This document shows, piece after piece, positions 8,410 to 15,229 of a DNA stretch of 20,000 nt. The notes beneath the pieces are model-generated. The model saw only the letters and a program-made list of their open reading frames with translations. It ran no database searches and was not told where the DNA came from. The stretch is taken from IMG/VR virus record IMGVR_UViG_3300034155_000028. One strand, written 5' to 3'. The number at the start of each line of letters is the position of its first letter. The stretch's first letter is position 1. The position numbers and the translations under genes are program-made. Source of the stretch: an uncultured virus (IMG/VR IMGVR_UViG_3300034155_000028) (Duplodnaviria > Heunggongvirae > Uroviricota > Caudoviricetes).

Positions 8410-8594
8410 CTTAATACCCAATATTGTTGCTCTTCCCTTACCACAAACTCACTATCACAATCCTTGGTCTTATGAGTTTGTAAATTCATCAATGTTACCA
8501 ATCCAGGTGTTTTCATAACAACTTCATATACTTGGTTATTAATCATCACTCTGGCTGTTGTGTTTAAATCACCTAGCTGAATAATTGTTTTTAT
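8406..8594 (-). CDS. Hypothetical protein, apparent ATA start (62 aa)
   Basis: AGGGAGGGTTTGCT-ATA AAA ACA ATT...TGG GTA TTA AGA TGA; exactly fills the gap; internal GTG/ATG alternatives exist. Confidence 0.6.
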   Translation of the reverse strand: MKTIIQLGDLNTTARVMINNQVYEVVMKTPGLVTLMNLQTHKTKDCDSEFVVREEQQYWVLR

Positions 8595-8824
8595 AGCAAA
8601 CCCTCCCTAGCACAAGCTTTTACAAAATCTTCCCATAATTCATTAATCTTATCAACAGATGTATTTAATTGATCCTTTGATAAAACCAGTTTTACTATAT
8701 TATTATATCTAGTATATTCATCCTGTGGAAGTGCCGCTCTTATCATTGGTCCAATTTTAGGACCTAATGTTTCTACCGATTCATAAATAACCGATGCCAA
8801 TTGTTTCTGTTCAAGCGTTGACAT
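8591..8824 (-). CDS. Hypothetical protein
   Basis: 77-aa ORF. Confidence 0.75.
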   Translation of the reverse strand: MSTLEQKQLASVIYESVETLGPKIGPMIRAALPQDEYTRYNNIVKLVLSKDQLNTSVDKINELWEDFVKACAREGLL

Positions 8825-8825
8825 T

Positions 8826-9461
8826 TTATACCTTTACAAGATTGCTCAACCTACAAATTGTATCACCATCCTCATAACAACTTGGTTGATCAATTGTACA
8901 ATAATCATGGCATATACTTGTTACACGAAATGTAGAAAGTTTATTGTAAATTATAGCTTTAGGCTTAATGAATTTTACCAAATCTCCAACTTTAATTGGT
9001 GATACTTCTTCAATTGGTTTAACCTCTGTCTTCTCAGGATTATAATATCTAACCACTACTCGATTTAGTTTTTTATAATGTTCTTCTACACGATTAAAGA
9101 AATCAATATACCAATCCATTTGGTTGCGTGATTCTTCTCCAACTTCCCGAATGCAAAAATTCCATTTTTCATCAGTGATTTTACCACAGCCCAGTTTGAA
9201 TTTTCCATTTACAGAAACTACAGGATACAAAATCGAACAAATCTGATATGTAATTATTAAACCAAAATCTTTTGTTTGCATTTGAATATTAGCATCAAAT
9301 CCACGTTTTCGCATACTAGCACGTGTTGCAAATAGAACTTGTTTCCCAACTTGTATTTGTACAATATTGCAGGTTTCAGGAACATCCTTCATAATTCTGG
9401 GAATGTCAATATCTGCAAACCTTGAACGAAAACTATATAAACCGGCGTAATTATTTGTCAT
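8826..9461 (-). CDS. Hypothetical protein with C-terminal KOW/SH3-like domain
   Basis: 211-aa ORF; C-terminus IKVGDLVKFIKP...NLVKV resembles 3671..3829. Confidence 0.8.
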   Translation of the reverse strand: MTNNYAGLYSFRSRFADIDIPRIMKDVPETCNIVQIQVGKQVLFATRASMRKRGFDANIQMQTKDFGLIITYQICSILYPVVSVNGKFKLGCGKITDEKWNFCIREVGEESRNQMDWYIDFFNRVEEHYKKLNRVVVRYYNPEKTEVKPIEEVSPIKVGDLVKFIKPKAIIYNKLSTFRVTSICHDYCTIDQPSCYEDGDTICRLSNLVKV

Positions 9462-9475
9462 GGTATTTGTTTTTC

Positions 9476-9626
9476 GGGGGTATTAAGAAAATTTTCCAGA
9501 ATTTTTTTGGCTGGATGAGTTTAGGAAATATTGGGGTATTAGGAAAAAATTTTAGGAATTTTTTTATGGAGATGATTTGGGTATTTGGAGTGTGATTTAG
9601 AATTTTAGAAATTGGGGGTATTAGGG
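9476..9626. repeat. Non-coding GGGGTATTAG(G)AAAA..TTTT repeat island
   Basis: GGG(G)GTATT at 9476, 9533, 9579 and 9614; the first two continue ..AAAATTTT..GAATTTTTTT; + strand is locally G-rich, opposite to the flanks. Confidence 0.65.
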
Positions 9627-9708
9627 CTGAGGTGTGCGATCCAGGTACCTCAGATTTAAAAGGCGATTTTTGGAAACTTTTCCTTTCGTAAAAACCACAC
9701 AACATCTC

Positions 9709-9891
9709 CTACTTTACTAAATTTGGTTTATATTCTATCGCAATATATGGAGCTTTTTCTGGATTAAGAATATTCATTTGCTTAATCCAGTATTCAGGAT
9801 TATCTCCTATTAACAAAATACCAATGGTATCTATTGCCAATTCTCCATTAGCAGTAAACAATATCCAAAAATTCTGATATATTTGTTCCAT
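9709..9891 (-). CDS. Hypothetical protein
   Basis: 60-aa ORF, TAATG overlap. Confidence 0.7.
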   Translation of the reverse strand: MEQIYQNFWILFTANGELAIDTIGILLIGDNPEYWIKQMNILNPEKAPYIAIEYKPNLVK

Positions 9892-10193
9892 TAAGCTACT
9901 ACTGCCATTATTCTTTTAAAATATTCAAGCTTATTGAATATTTTATCTCGAATATTTTCTTCAGCCTCAGCTAATGAATCACCTTCTTCACCGATTGTAT
10001 CATCAACAATTATACTAAAGGTTTGTGCAGGCGTATATATAATCTCAATAATACAATTATTATCTTGGTTTACATAAATATCATAGTTAAGATTCCTCAC
10101 AGAATCTACATCGTGTCCAAGATTATCAATTTCCTCATCTGATGTAACCTTAGTACAGGTTTTTCCAAATACAACTAAATTCAATGGTGTCAT
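9891..10193 (-). CDS. Hypothetical acidic protein
   Basis: 100-aa ORF. Confidence 0.75.
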   Translation of the reverse strand: MTPLNLVVFGKTCTKVTSDEEIDNLGHDVDSVRNLNYDIYVNQDNNCIIEIIYTPAQTFSIIVDDTIGEEGDSLAEAEENIRDKIFNKLEYFKRIMAVVA

Positions 10194-10194
10194 T

Positions 10195-10466
10195 TTATTT
10201 ATATCCTGTTACTTTGGTTCTAACGACGGTGTTTTTAGCCCTATATTCTTTCAATAGTTGTACAGGGTCAATGGAAGAAACCCAACGAGTCCATTCACCG
10301 TTTGTAACCATAGTTTGTGTATATGGTCGAGCTATATTTGGGAAAGCCTGGCTAGGATATTTATCTACCCAAGCTGGCAATAGTGTTTTATATATGACGA
10401 AAGTATATGGTTTTGTATTTTCGGTTTCAATGGCAAAACGAAACAAACGATTGCGATTTTTAGCAT
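10195..10466 (-). CDS. Hypothetical protein; RBS-associated ATG is out of frame (possible frameshift)
   Basis: GAGGGG-TTCCA-ATG at 10466 is out of frame with the long ORF (A K N R N R L F R F A I E...); the ORF track uses TTG at 10446. Confidence 0.55.
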
Positions 10467-10490
10467 TGGAACCCCTCTACTTAAATTTGT

Positions 10491-10661
10491 TTATTTAGAT
10501 TTTGTTTTTATATTAAACAATCTTGCCGCAGCGCAGGAAAAATCTATATCCCGTTTAATGAGACATTGTTTTCCCCGTAATCCACAATTATCTAAAAAAG
10601 GACAAGCAACACCTCTTGGTATTAGCCCATCAACTAATGTGTTTGAATTTTCATTTGTCAT
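10491..10661 (-). CDS. Small Cys-rich phage protein (56 aa)
   Basis: Read by hand: MTNENSNTLVDGLIPRGVACPFLDNCGLRGKQCLIKRDIDFSCAAARLFNIKTKSK*. Confidence 0.7.
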   Translation of the reverse strand: MTNENSNTLVDGLIPRGVACPFLDNCGLRGKQCLIKRDIDFSCAAARLFNIKTKSK

Positions 10662-10681
10662 TTTTTTGCTCCAAAATCTAA

Positions 10682-10882
10682 TTATTTTATTCTAACCCAT
10701 GCCCCCCGCCATAAATACTCTTCCTTGTGTAATGTATGTTCGGCACATACATTATTATTAGTATCGATGAAGAAATTTAGTGAGTGATCATTTTTATAAG
10801 GTTTAGGTAAATCCTGATAGGCTAATTGGTCTATATCTAAAAGACATAGGGGATCATTACCTAATTCTTTTTCATGTTCCAT
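10682..10882 (-). CDS. Hypothetical protein (66 aa)
   Basis: Start moved to ATG 10882 (MEHEKE...) because the longer call overlaps the tRNA-Ile gene. Confidence 0.7.
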   Translation of the reverse strand: MEHEKELGNDPLCLLDIDQLAYQDLPKPYKNDHSLNFFIDTNNNVCAEHTLHKEEYLWRGAWVRIK

Positions 10883-10947
10883 TTTGGTGGAACTCCTGTG
10901 GGTGGAAATTAAATAAAGATTCTTTGGTAAAAACCAAAGCGATATAG

Positions 10948-11020
10948 TCGGACCGGGTGGAATTGAACCACCGACCAAGACCTTATAAGGATCCTGCTCT
11001 TACCACTGAGCTACGGTCCG
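10948..11020 (-). tRNA. tRNA-Ile (UAU)
   Basis: CGGACCG TA GCTC AGTGGTAA GAGC A GGATC CT TAT AA GGTCT TGGTC GGTGG TTCAATT CCACC CGGTCCG A; no encoded CCA. Confidence 0.92.
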
Positions 11021-11032
11021 AAAGAATATATA

Positions 11033-11209
11033 TTATTTATTTGTTTTAAATGGAGAGCAACAACACAAAAACCTTGGTTTGTTATGGGTTTCACAGACCC
11101 CACAATGATAGTGACCTGTACCTGTTTCTTTACAATTCACACGTATTAAGTCATCCATTATAGGTTTAAAGCCGAATTTTTCATAAAACTGTTCTGGTGT
11201 AATATCCAT
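11033..11209 (-). CDS. Small Cys/His-rich phage protein (58 aa)
   Basis: Read by hand: MDITPEQFYEKFGFKPIMDDLIRVNC...HYHCGVCETHNKPRFLCCC..., a familiar phage hypothetical pattern. Confidence 0.75.
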   Translation of the reverse strand: MDITPEQFYEKFGFKPIMDDLIRVNCKETGTGHYHCGVCETHNKPRFLCCCSPFKTNK

Positions 11210-11237
11210 TATGTTTTTACCAAAGAATCTTTATTTA

Positions 11238-11468
11238 TTATTCTAGTATTAATGTTTTTGGTAATGTATTTTCTCCTAAATTAAACTTCCAGAATGTCCA
11301 TTCTCCATTTACTAATTCTGGTCTGTGATTACATTTATATTCTTGGCATAAACCTTTACATGGATTTTCCCCGGCATCTACACAACATTCATAATGGTAG
11401 CACGTATCACAAATCCACCTTCCATCTAAACATTGGGTATGTAAAACAGGTGATGCTGGTTTGGTTAT
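11238..11468 (-). CDS. Cys-rich hypothetical protein with no ATG/GTG/TTG; apparent ATA start (76 aa)
   Basis: ATA ACC AAA CCA GCA...(ITKPASPVLHTQCLDGRWICDTCYHYECC...CNHRPELV...LE*); ATA overlaps the upstream TAA. Confidence 0.6.
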   Translation of the reverse strand: MTKPASPVLHTQCLDGRWICDTCYHYECCVDAGENPCKGLCQEYKCNHRPELVNGEWTFWKFNLGENTLPKTLILE

Positions 11469-11653
11469 ACTTGTATAGTGTGTCTTGTTCCTCGTGCAGC
11501 TTCAATGGCTCTTTGAAGAATTTCACTATCAGAAATTGTGTTTTCTAAAACCTGACAATGACCAATTAGAAATCCGTTCTGTTTTACTCTAATATATCTC
11601 AGAGGGTAAGTTGTGTTTTCCGTTTGTGTGCCTACTTCAATTCTAATAGTCAT
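11465..11653 (-). CDS. Hypothetical protein
   Basis: 62-aa ORF. Confidence 0.7.
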   Translation of the reverse strand: MTIRIEVGTQTENTTYPLRYIRVKQNGFLIGHCQVLENTISDSEILQRAIEAARGTRHTIQV

Positions 11654-11682
11654 ATTTAATTCTTTGGTAAAAACTAAAGAAA

Positions 11683-11928
11683 TTAATCATCCAAATCTAC
11701 AGCACCTATATTTACCGCAATGAATTTTGCCATATCCCCAAACCATGTTATAGTTCTTTTGTTTGACATTGGGATATTTGACATGTGATCCCTAATTTCA
11801 TTAAGTTCATCCATATCTGCTGACACCTCTCGGATAAGAGAGGTGTTAATATCTTGAACGGGTTCTCCTATGTGCCATTCAATTTCTGTAGTAGTTCCAA
11901 AAGACTCGACAACAATAAATAATGACAT
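11683..11928 (-). CDS. Hypothetical protein
   Basis: 81-aa ORF with AGGAG RBS. Confidence 0.8.
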   Translation of the reverse strand: MSLFIVVESFGTTTEIEWHIGEPVQDINTSLIREVSADMDELNEIRDHMSNIPMSNKRTITWFGDMAKFIAVNIGAVDLDD

Positions 11929-11961
11929 GATATATTATCTCCTATTTAGGATATTAGTGGG

Positions 11962-12035
11962 TACCCCAAGAGAGGCTCGAACTCCCGACATGCAGATTAG
12001 AAATCTGCCGCTCTATCCAACTGAGCTATTGGGGC
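11962..12035 (-). tRNA. tRNA-Arg (UCU)
   Basis: GCCCCAA TA GCTC AGTTGGATA GAGC G GCAGA TT TCT AA TCTGC ATGTC GGGAG TTCGAGC CTCTC TTGGGGT A; no encoded CCA. Confidence 0.92.
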
Positions 12036-12050
12036 AAAGTCTATTGTATC

Positions 12051-12368
12051 TTAAGTATAATCCCCATTGTAATCATCAATTTTGGGGAATTCATTTGGTT
12101 TAATATTATCTGGAAGCTTATACTTTCCAGTAATAAATATTCTCTTTATCATACCATCAGGAAGTATTTCCTTTGTTCTTTCTGAAGGAATATCTTCCAC
12201 AAACCTAATCATTCCTTCATCCTCATTGTTTGTGCAATCTACCAAATTATGATAGATTATTTTTCCACCACAATATTCACATGTGGTGTTTGAACCGGTT
12301 AGTTCTAAACTTCCTTGAGTTTCATGTCCGTTCTCGCAAAGAAGTTGATAATAACCTTCGAATGACAT
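12051..12368 (-). CDS. Phage Zn-binding hypothetical protein
   Basis: MSFEGYYQLLCENGH...CEYCGG...NLVDCTN. Confidence 0.8.
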   Translation of the reverse strand: MSFEGYYQLLCENGHETQGSLELTGSNTTCEYCGGKIIYHNLVDCTNNEDEGMIRFVEDIPSERTKEILPDGMIKRIFITGKYKLPDNIKPNEFPKIDDYNGDYT

Positions 12369-12414
12369 TTTGTCAAGTCCTTTTTGTTTTTACCAAAGAA
12401 TGATTCTGTTTTTG

Positions 12415-12488
12415 TCGGCACAGAGGGAATTGAACCCCCGACCAAGACCTTATAAGGATCCTGCTCTAACCATTTGAGCTAGAACCCT
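12415..12488 (-). pseudogene. Chimeric/pseudo tRNA-Ile (UAU) with unpaired acceptor stem
   Basis: D, anticodon and T arms are intact and nearly identical to 10948..11020, but 5' AGGGTTC cannot pair with 3' TGTGCCG. Confidence 0.8.
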
Positions 12489-12575
12489 ATAGAGGGAGAT
12501 TGATTAGTCACCTTTCAACTCCCTTCTCCAATCTATTCCTTTCGAGAATAATTGGAAACTAAGATGCTTATCTTA
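12489..12575 (-). ncRNA. Structured inter-tRNA spacer (three hairpins)
   Basis: TAAGAT-AAGC-ATCTTA; CCAAT-TATTCTC-GAAA-GGAATA-G-ATTGG; AGAAGGGAGTTGA-N11-TCAATCTCCCTCT. Confidence 0.4.
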
Positions 12576-12652
12576 TGGTAGGACTACTCGGGTTCGAACC
12601 GAGAACAGTTCCGTTATGAGCGGAGGGCTCTAACCAATTGAGCTATAGTCCT
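12576..12652 (-). tRNA. tRNA with CAU anticodon (elongator Met or Ile2)
   Basis: AGGACTA TA GCTC AATTGGTTA GAGC C CTCCG CT CAT AA CGGAA CTGTT CTCGG TTCGAAC CCGAG TAGTCCT A CCA; lacks initiator features. Confidence 0.9.
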
Positions 12653-12659
12653 ATATTTA

Positions 12660-12923
12660 TTATGGATTTATTGGTTCGGGATTATAAATAAAATTCCCGC
12701 AATATCCACCAATCGTATGTTTTCCTTTATCCCTACAAAATGGAATGGTCTCCAATTTAATCCATTGTTCAAAGCTTCCAGTAAATGGTCTAACCTCGTT
12801 TTTCTCCTCACTCTCTTCCCAAATGAAATTTCCTTTAGCGGTTTGAATAAAGAACCGCATTCCGAAATTCCAACTAAACTCTCCTACTATACCCTTGAGC
12901 TCTTCACCAGAGATATTTTGCAT
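12660..12923 (-). CDS. Hypothetical protein
   Basis: 87-aa ORF with AGGAG RBS. Confidence 0.8.
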   Translation of the reverse strand: MQNISGEELKGIVGEFSWNFGMRFFIQTAKGNFIWEESEEKNEVRPFTGSFEQWIKLETIPFCRDKGKHTIGGYCGNFIYNPEPINP

Positions 12924-12955
12924 ATATTCTTTTCTCCTATATAGAGGAAATTTTC

Positions 12956-13041
12956 TGGTAGCGCTACTCGGATTTGAACCGAGACGCTCTTACGAGCAGC
13001 AGATTTTGAATCTGCAGTGTCTGCCATTCCACCATAGCGCC
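12956..13041 (-). tRNA. tRNA-Leu (CAA)
   Basis: GGCGCTA...GCAGA TT CAA AA TCTGC, long variable arm GCTC GTAA GAGC, CTCGG TTCAAAT CCGAG, TAGCGCT A CCA. Confidence 0.93.
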
Positions 13042-13050
13042 AAAACTATC

Positions 13051-13629
13051 TCATTCCCAAGGAAATTTCTTATCTTCCTTGGCAATCCCCAATTTCATCT
13101 TTGGGAATTTTTCCTTCATTTTCAACAAAGCACTCCATACTGCCCAAGCATGTTCACGATCTGTTGTTGATCTGGTTGGAAGACTACATGCACTTACGGC
13201 CCCTGTCAACCCTTCTTCCGACAAATCATAACAAATACACCCAACCTTAATCAATTCTCGTGCCTCGGTTTCGGTCAATCCACTTCCAGATATTGATGAA
13301 GTACTTAGAAGTGGATTTTCAGGATAATCTGAATTAGCTTGTAGTCTCCAATCTTCCCTTTCTTGAAAATGCCAAGATGCTCCTGACACTCCCAAAATGT
13401 AAACTGGTTCATGGCGTTGTTTTCCACCTGCTTCTAAATGTTCCCTAAGTTTTGTTACTACGCCAATAGTAACCGTTTTGGATTCAACCCATTGTACCAC
13501 TTCTTTCAACGTATCAAAACTAATTGGTCCATTAATTTTTACTTGGACCTCTCCTAGTTCTCGACCAGGGTAATTACTATCTATAATTGAAACCAATGGA
13601 CACTCATCCCTACTACCTGGAAAATACAT
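13051..13629 (-). CDS. Hypothetical protein
   Basis: 192-aa ORF. Confidence 0.8.
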   Translation of the reverse strand: MYFPGSRDECPLVSIIDSNYPGRELGEVQVKINGPISFDTLKEVVQWVESKTVTIGVVTKLREHLEAGGKQRHEPVYILGVSGASWHFQEREDWRLQANSDYPENPLLSTSSISGSGLTETEARELIKVGCICYDLSEEGLTGAVSACSLPTRSTTDREHAWAVWSALLKMKEKFPKMKLGIAKEDKKFPWE

Positions 13630-13642
13630 TTTTGTTTTCCTA

Positions 13643-13713
13643 TATTTGTTACCAAAGAAGTTTTATTTATTATCCCAGAATTAGAATATTAAATTCTTCT
13701 TTGGTAACAAATA
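13643..13713. promoter_or_regulatory. Perfect 18-bp inverted repeat built from the dispersed motif
   Basis: TATTTGTTACCAAAGAAG (13643-13660), N35, CTTCTTTGGTAACAAATA (13696-13713), filling an intergenic gap. Confidence 0.75.
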
Positions 13714-13723
13714 CTTATAAAAG

Positions 13724-14056
13724 TTATCTACGTATCAATGCCCTTACCGCAATTATTTGTCCGTTTTCTCTAATTGCTGTCGGCCCACTGTCCGGTACAA
13801 ATAATTCCACTTCCCAAAAATTATCATGGGTCTTCCTATATGCATCAGCAAACATTGTAGAGACAATACATTGCTTTGGATGATCTTTAGGTAGAACCGC
13901 TACCCCATACTCTACCAAAATTGTTGGACATCCGTCAATGGGTTTTTGCGGAGTTGCTGACATTTCTACTCTTGGTACAATGCCACTGGCTGGGAAAACA
14001 AAATCTTTCCCAGAAGCATCCCTAACCGTAACTGTATGTGGTGTGTAATTGATCAT
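13724..14056 (-). CDS. Conserved phage hypothetical protein (N-x-T-P-H family)
   Basis: MINYTPHTVTV...FPASGIVPRV...VPDSGPTAIRENGQIIAVRAL. Confidence 0.85.
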   Translation of the reverse strand: MINYTPHTVTVRDASGKDFVFPASGIVPRVEMSATPQKPIDGCPTILVEYGVAVLPKDHPKQCIVSTMFADAYRKTHDNFWEVELFVPDSGPTAIRENGQIIAVRALIRR

Positions 14057-14100
14057 TTGATCTTTCCTTTTTTATTACCAAAGAATTTAAATATAATCCC

Positions 14101-14298
14101 CTACTTCCTTGCCCCCATCCAAAACAACGTACCACAGAACGTGAGACATTGCAACCATGTTACTACATACAGTCCAGCAATACTGGAATATATCCAAGTA
14201 TTCATAAAACCCACCCTCATACATGCAGTCGTAAATACTACCCCCATCAACCAGTAAAACACAAATGCCAAAACAATTGAGAAAATAAACTTGATCAT
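14101..14298 (-). CDS. Small membrane protein (65 aa)
   Basis: Start moved to ATG 14298 with AAGGAG RBS; hydrophobic. Confidence 0.75.
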   Translation of the reverse strand: MIKFIFSIVLAFVFYWLMGVVFTTACMRVGFMNTWIYSSIAGLYVVTWLQCLTFCGTLFWMGARK

Positions 14299-14317
14299 GT
14301 CGTTCTCCTTTACCAAT

Positions 14318-14376
14318 TTGTTTGAGCCAAAGAAATATTCTATATAGATATAAAATACTTCTTTGGTAAAAACAAT
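14318..14376. repeat. 59-bp upstream regulatory cassette, copy 1
   Basis: Identical to 14968-15026 except for 1 nt; contains the inverted CCAAAGAA...TTCTTTGGTAAAAAC pair. Confidence 0.85.
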
Positions 14377-14407
14377 TAAATTAATAATTGTAATACCAAA
14401 CATTAAG

Positions 14408-14956
14408 CTACCGACTTATCTCTATCCACCCTTTGGTTGTCATATGTAAAACCCTTTGACAAGATGTGCCAAATTCTTTCTTGAACTTTTTCTCTTTTAT
14501 TTGATCCAAAATGGTCAAACTTACCGGCCCAATATAAATTAGGTCTTCACTGGTCATCATCCCCAGGGTATTATCAACAGGATTCCACACTAACCTATTG
14601 ACATCAACATCAGCTATAAACGATCCGTTCTTTTCGGGTTTTACAATATCTATATCTATTTGGCCTTCATCCTTTGATGATACAGATATACTAACCACCG
14701 TAAAAGAACGCCCATAACCAGGATTCTTATTATTTTTATTTTCCGACTTGTTGATTGTATATCCGTGTAGCAATAATGCTTGGATACAATCAAGTGGAGT
14801 TTTATCTACACAACACAAAACATCAATATCATTCGGCTCCCCCCCAGCCAACATATCCCTAATAAAACCCCCAAACACATTTGCATTTGCAAAACAAATG
14901 CGTCCCATCATATTGATATCTCGAGCAACCAACTTCCCAAAATCTAGCTTGTTCAT
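14408..14956 (-). CDS. Minimal nucleotidyltransferase (CCA-adding/poly(A) polymerase head-domain-like)
   Basis: VFGGFIRDML...PNDIDV (GG..RD...DxD), IDIDIV, DVDVNRL; start moved to ATG 14956 with AAGGAG RBS. Confidence 0.8.
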   Translation of the reverse strand: MNKLDFGKLVARDINMMGRICFANANVFGGFIRDMLAGGEPNDIDVLCCVDKTPLDCIQALLLHGYTINKSENKNNKNPGYGRSFTVVSISVSSKDEGQIDIDIVKPEKNGSFIADVDVNRLVWNPVDNTLGMMTSEDLIYIGPVSLTILDQIKEKKFKKEFGTSCQRVLHMTTKGWIEISR

Positions 14957-14967
14957 GGTCGTTCTCC

Positions 14968-15026
14968 TTGTTTGAGCCAAAGAAATATTCTATATAGATA
15001 TAAAATACTTCTCTGGTAAAAACAAT
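14968..15026. repeat. 59-bp upstream regulatory cassette, copy 2
   Basis: Direct repeat of 14318-14376. Confidence 0.85.
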
Positions 15027-15066
15027 CACCAAATTAAATTCCACCAATCTTCACGGATTTTCTTTT

Positions 15067-15222
15067 TCATAACACTCCCCCCATCAAAAAACAAATAAAT
15101 ATTACCCCCAGCCAAAATCCCAACTTCAACTCTGCCCCCTGTAATATTTCCATTTGCTCCGGTGTCAAATATACCTGAGCTACATACTCATTTACTTTTA
15201 CTTTTTTTCTAGGTGGCAACAT
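15067..15222 (-). CDS. Small membrane protein (51 aa)
   Basis: Read by hand: MLPPRKKVKVNEYVAQVYLTPEQMEILQGAELKLGFWLGVIFICFLMGGVL*. Confidence 0.65.
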   Translation of the reverse strand: MLPPRKKVKVNEYVAQVYLTPEQMEILQGAELKLGFWLGVIFICFLMGGVL

Positions 15223-15229
15223 ATCACAC

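Noticed and set aside
9451..9705. 84-aa ORF (MLCGFYERK...)
   Set aside because: It translates a low-complexity repeat island (P/K/I/F-rich) with skew opposite to real genes; not excluded, but unsupported.
12489..12560. Group II intron domain V/VI or theta (HDV-like) ribozyme
   Set aside because: There is only a superficial GAAA hairpin and ...CTAT end; no AGC catalytic triad, no GTGCG 5' end and no nested double pseudoknot.
14859..15047. 62-aa ORF and the N-terminal extension of 14101..14403 sharing 'VFT.EVFYIYIEYFFGSNK'
   Set aside because: The shared peptide is just the translation of the duplicated 59-bp non-coding cassette; the real starts are at 14298 and 14956 behind AAGGAG.
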